32,578 bases of DNA from a virus (lineage: Duplodnaviria; Caudoviricetes). Positions within the stretch are counted from its first letter, which is position 1, and the number at the start of each line of letters is the position of its first letter. Made by a program: the position numbers and the translations under genes. The DNA is taken from positions 1-32,578 of the IMG/VR virus record IMGVR_UViG_3300025723_000121. One strand, 5' to 3'. This document shows, piece after piece, positions 32,382-32,578 of the stretch. The notes beneath the pieces were generated by a model. It did no database searches. It saw only the letters and a list, made by a program, of their open reading frames with translations, and was not told where the DNA came from.

Positions 32382-32578
32382 TTAGAGTAAGTCTTGATTC
32401 TTAGCAACCCAGTCAGCGAATGACTTATTACTAAACGCTATCGCTTGCTTGCCGTTGGTCTTGGCAATGTTGATTGCGAACACTGCTTGCCACTCGGGGT
32501 CGAACCTCTCAAGATACTGCATGAACGGAGTTATTGATTGCTTGTCAATCCTAGCGATTGCACCGAATACAGTAATAG
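32382..32578 (-). CDS. C-terminus of a probable MoxR-type AAA+ ATPase, truncated by window end
   Basis: ITVFGAIARIDKQSITPFMQYLERFDPEWQAVFAINIAKTNGKQAIAFSNKSFADWVAKNQDLL*. Position upstream of a DUF2201-like gene supports the call. No Walker motifs in view. Confidence 0.55.
   Translation of the reverse strand, partial: ITVFGAIARIDKQSITPFMQYLERFDPEWQAVFAINIAKTNGKQAIAFSNKSFADWVAKNQDLL

Overview
A 32.6-kb internal segment of a tailed dsDNA bacteriophage genome (podovirus-like, AT-rich, no tRNA, CRISPR array, integrase or transposase visible), built from two convergent blocks. The + strand (1-15703) is the late block: holin end, small membrane protein, M15 peptidase endolysin, P22 gp10-like tail protein, small tail proteins, a gp14/GNAT-like protein, two low-complexity ejection proteins and a 2256-aa internal protein with an HExxH motif. 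The - strand (32578-15792) is the early/replication block: MoxR-type ATPase end, HExxH-vWA protein, DUF3150-like protein, many small modular ORFs, DUF3310, VRR-NUC, family A DNA polymerase, Cas4-like nuclease, HNH, SNF2 helicase, SSB-like protein, HTH and a primase-DUF927 helicase. The most notable signals not explained by the ORF track are: (1) a ~76-nt candidate minus-strand small RNA at the convergence point, with three anti-Shine-Dalgarno motifs, one perfectly complementary (11 nt) to the RBS of the replication operon's first gene; (2) a 58-aa gene with its own RBS overprinted inside the giant virion protein; (3) three copies of a CTAACA-N-TGTTAG palindrome in the early region; (4) a ~578-aa nearly charge-free Q/N/A ejection domain with 11-residue periodicity; (5) small ORFs whose conserved C-termini encode the next gene's RBS. 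All family assignments come from motif recognition by eye, not from database searches.
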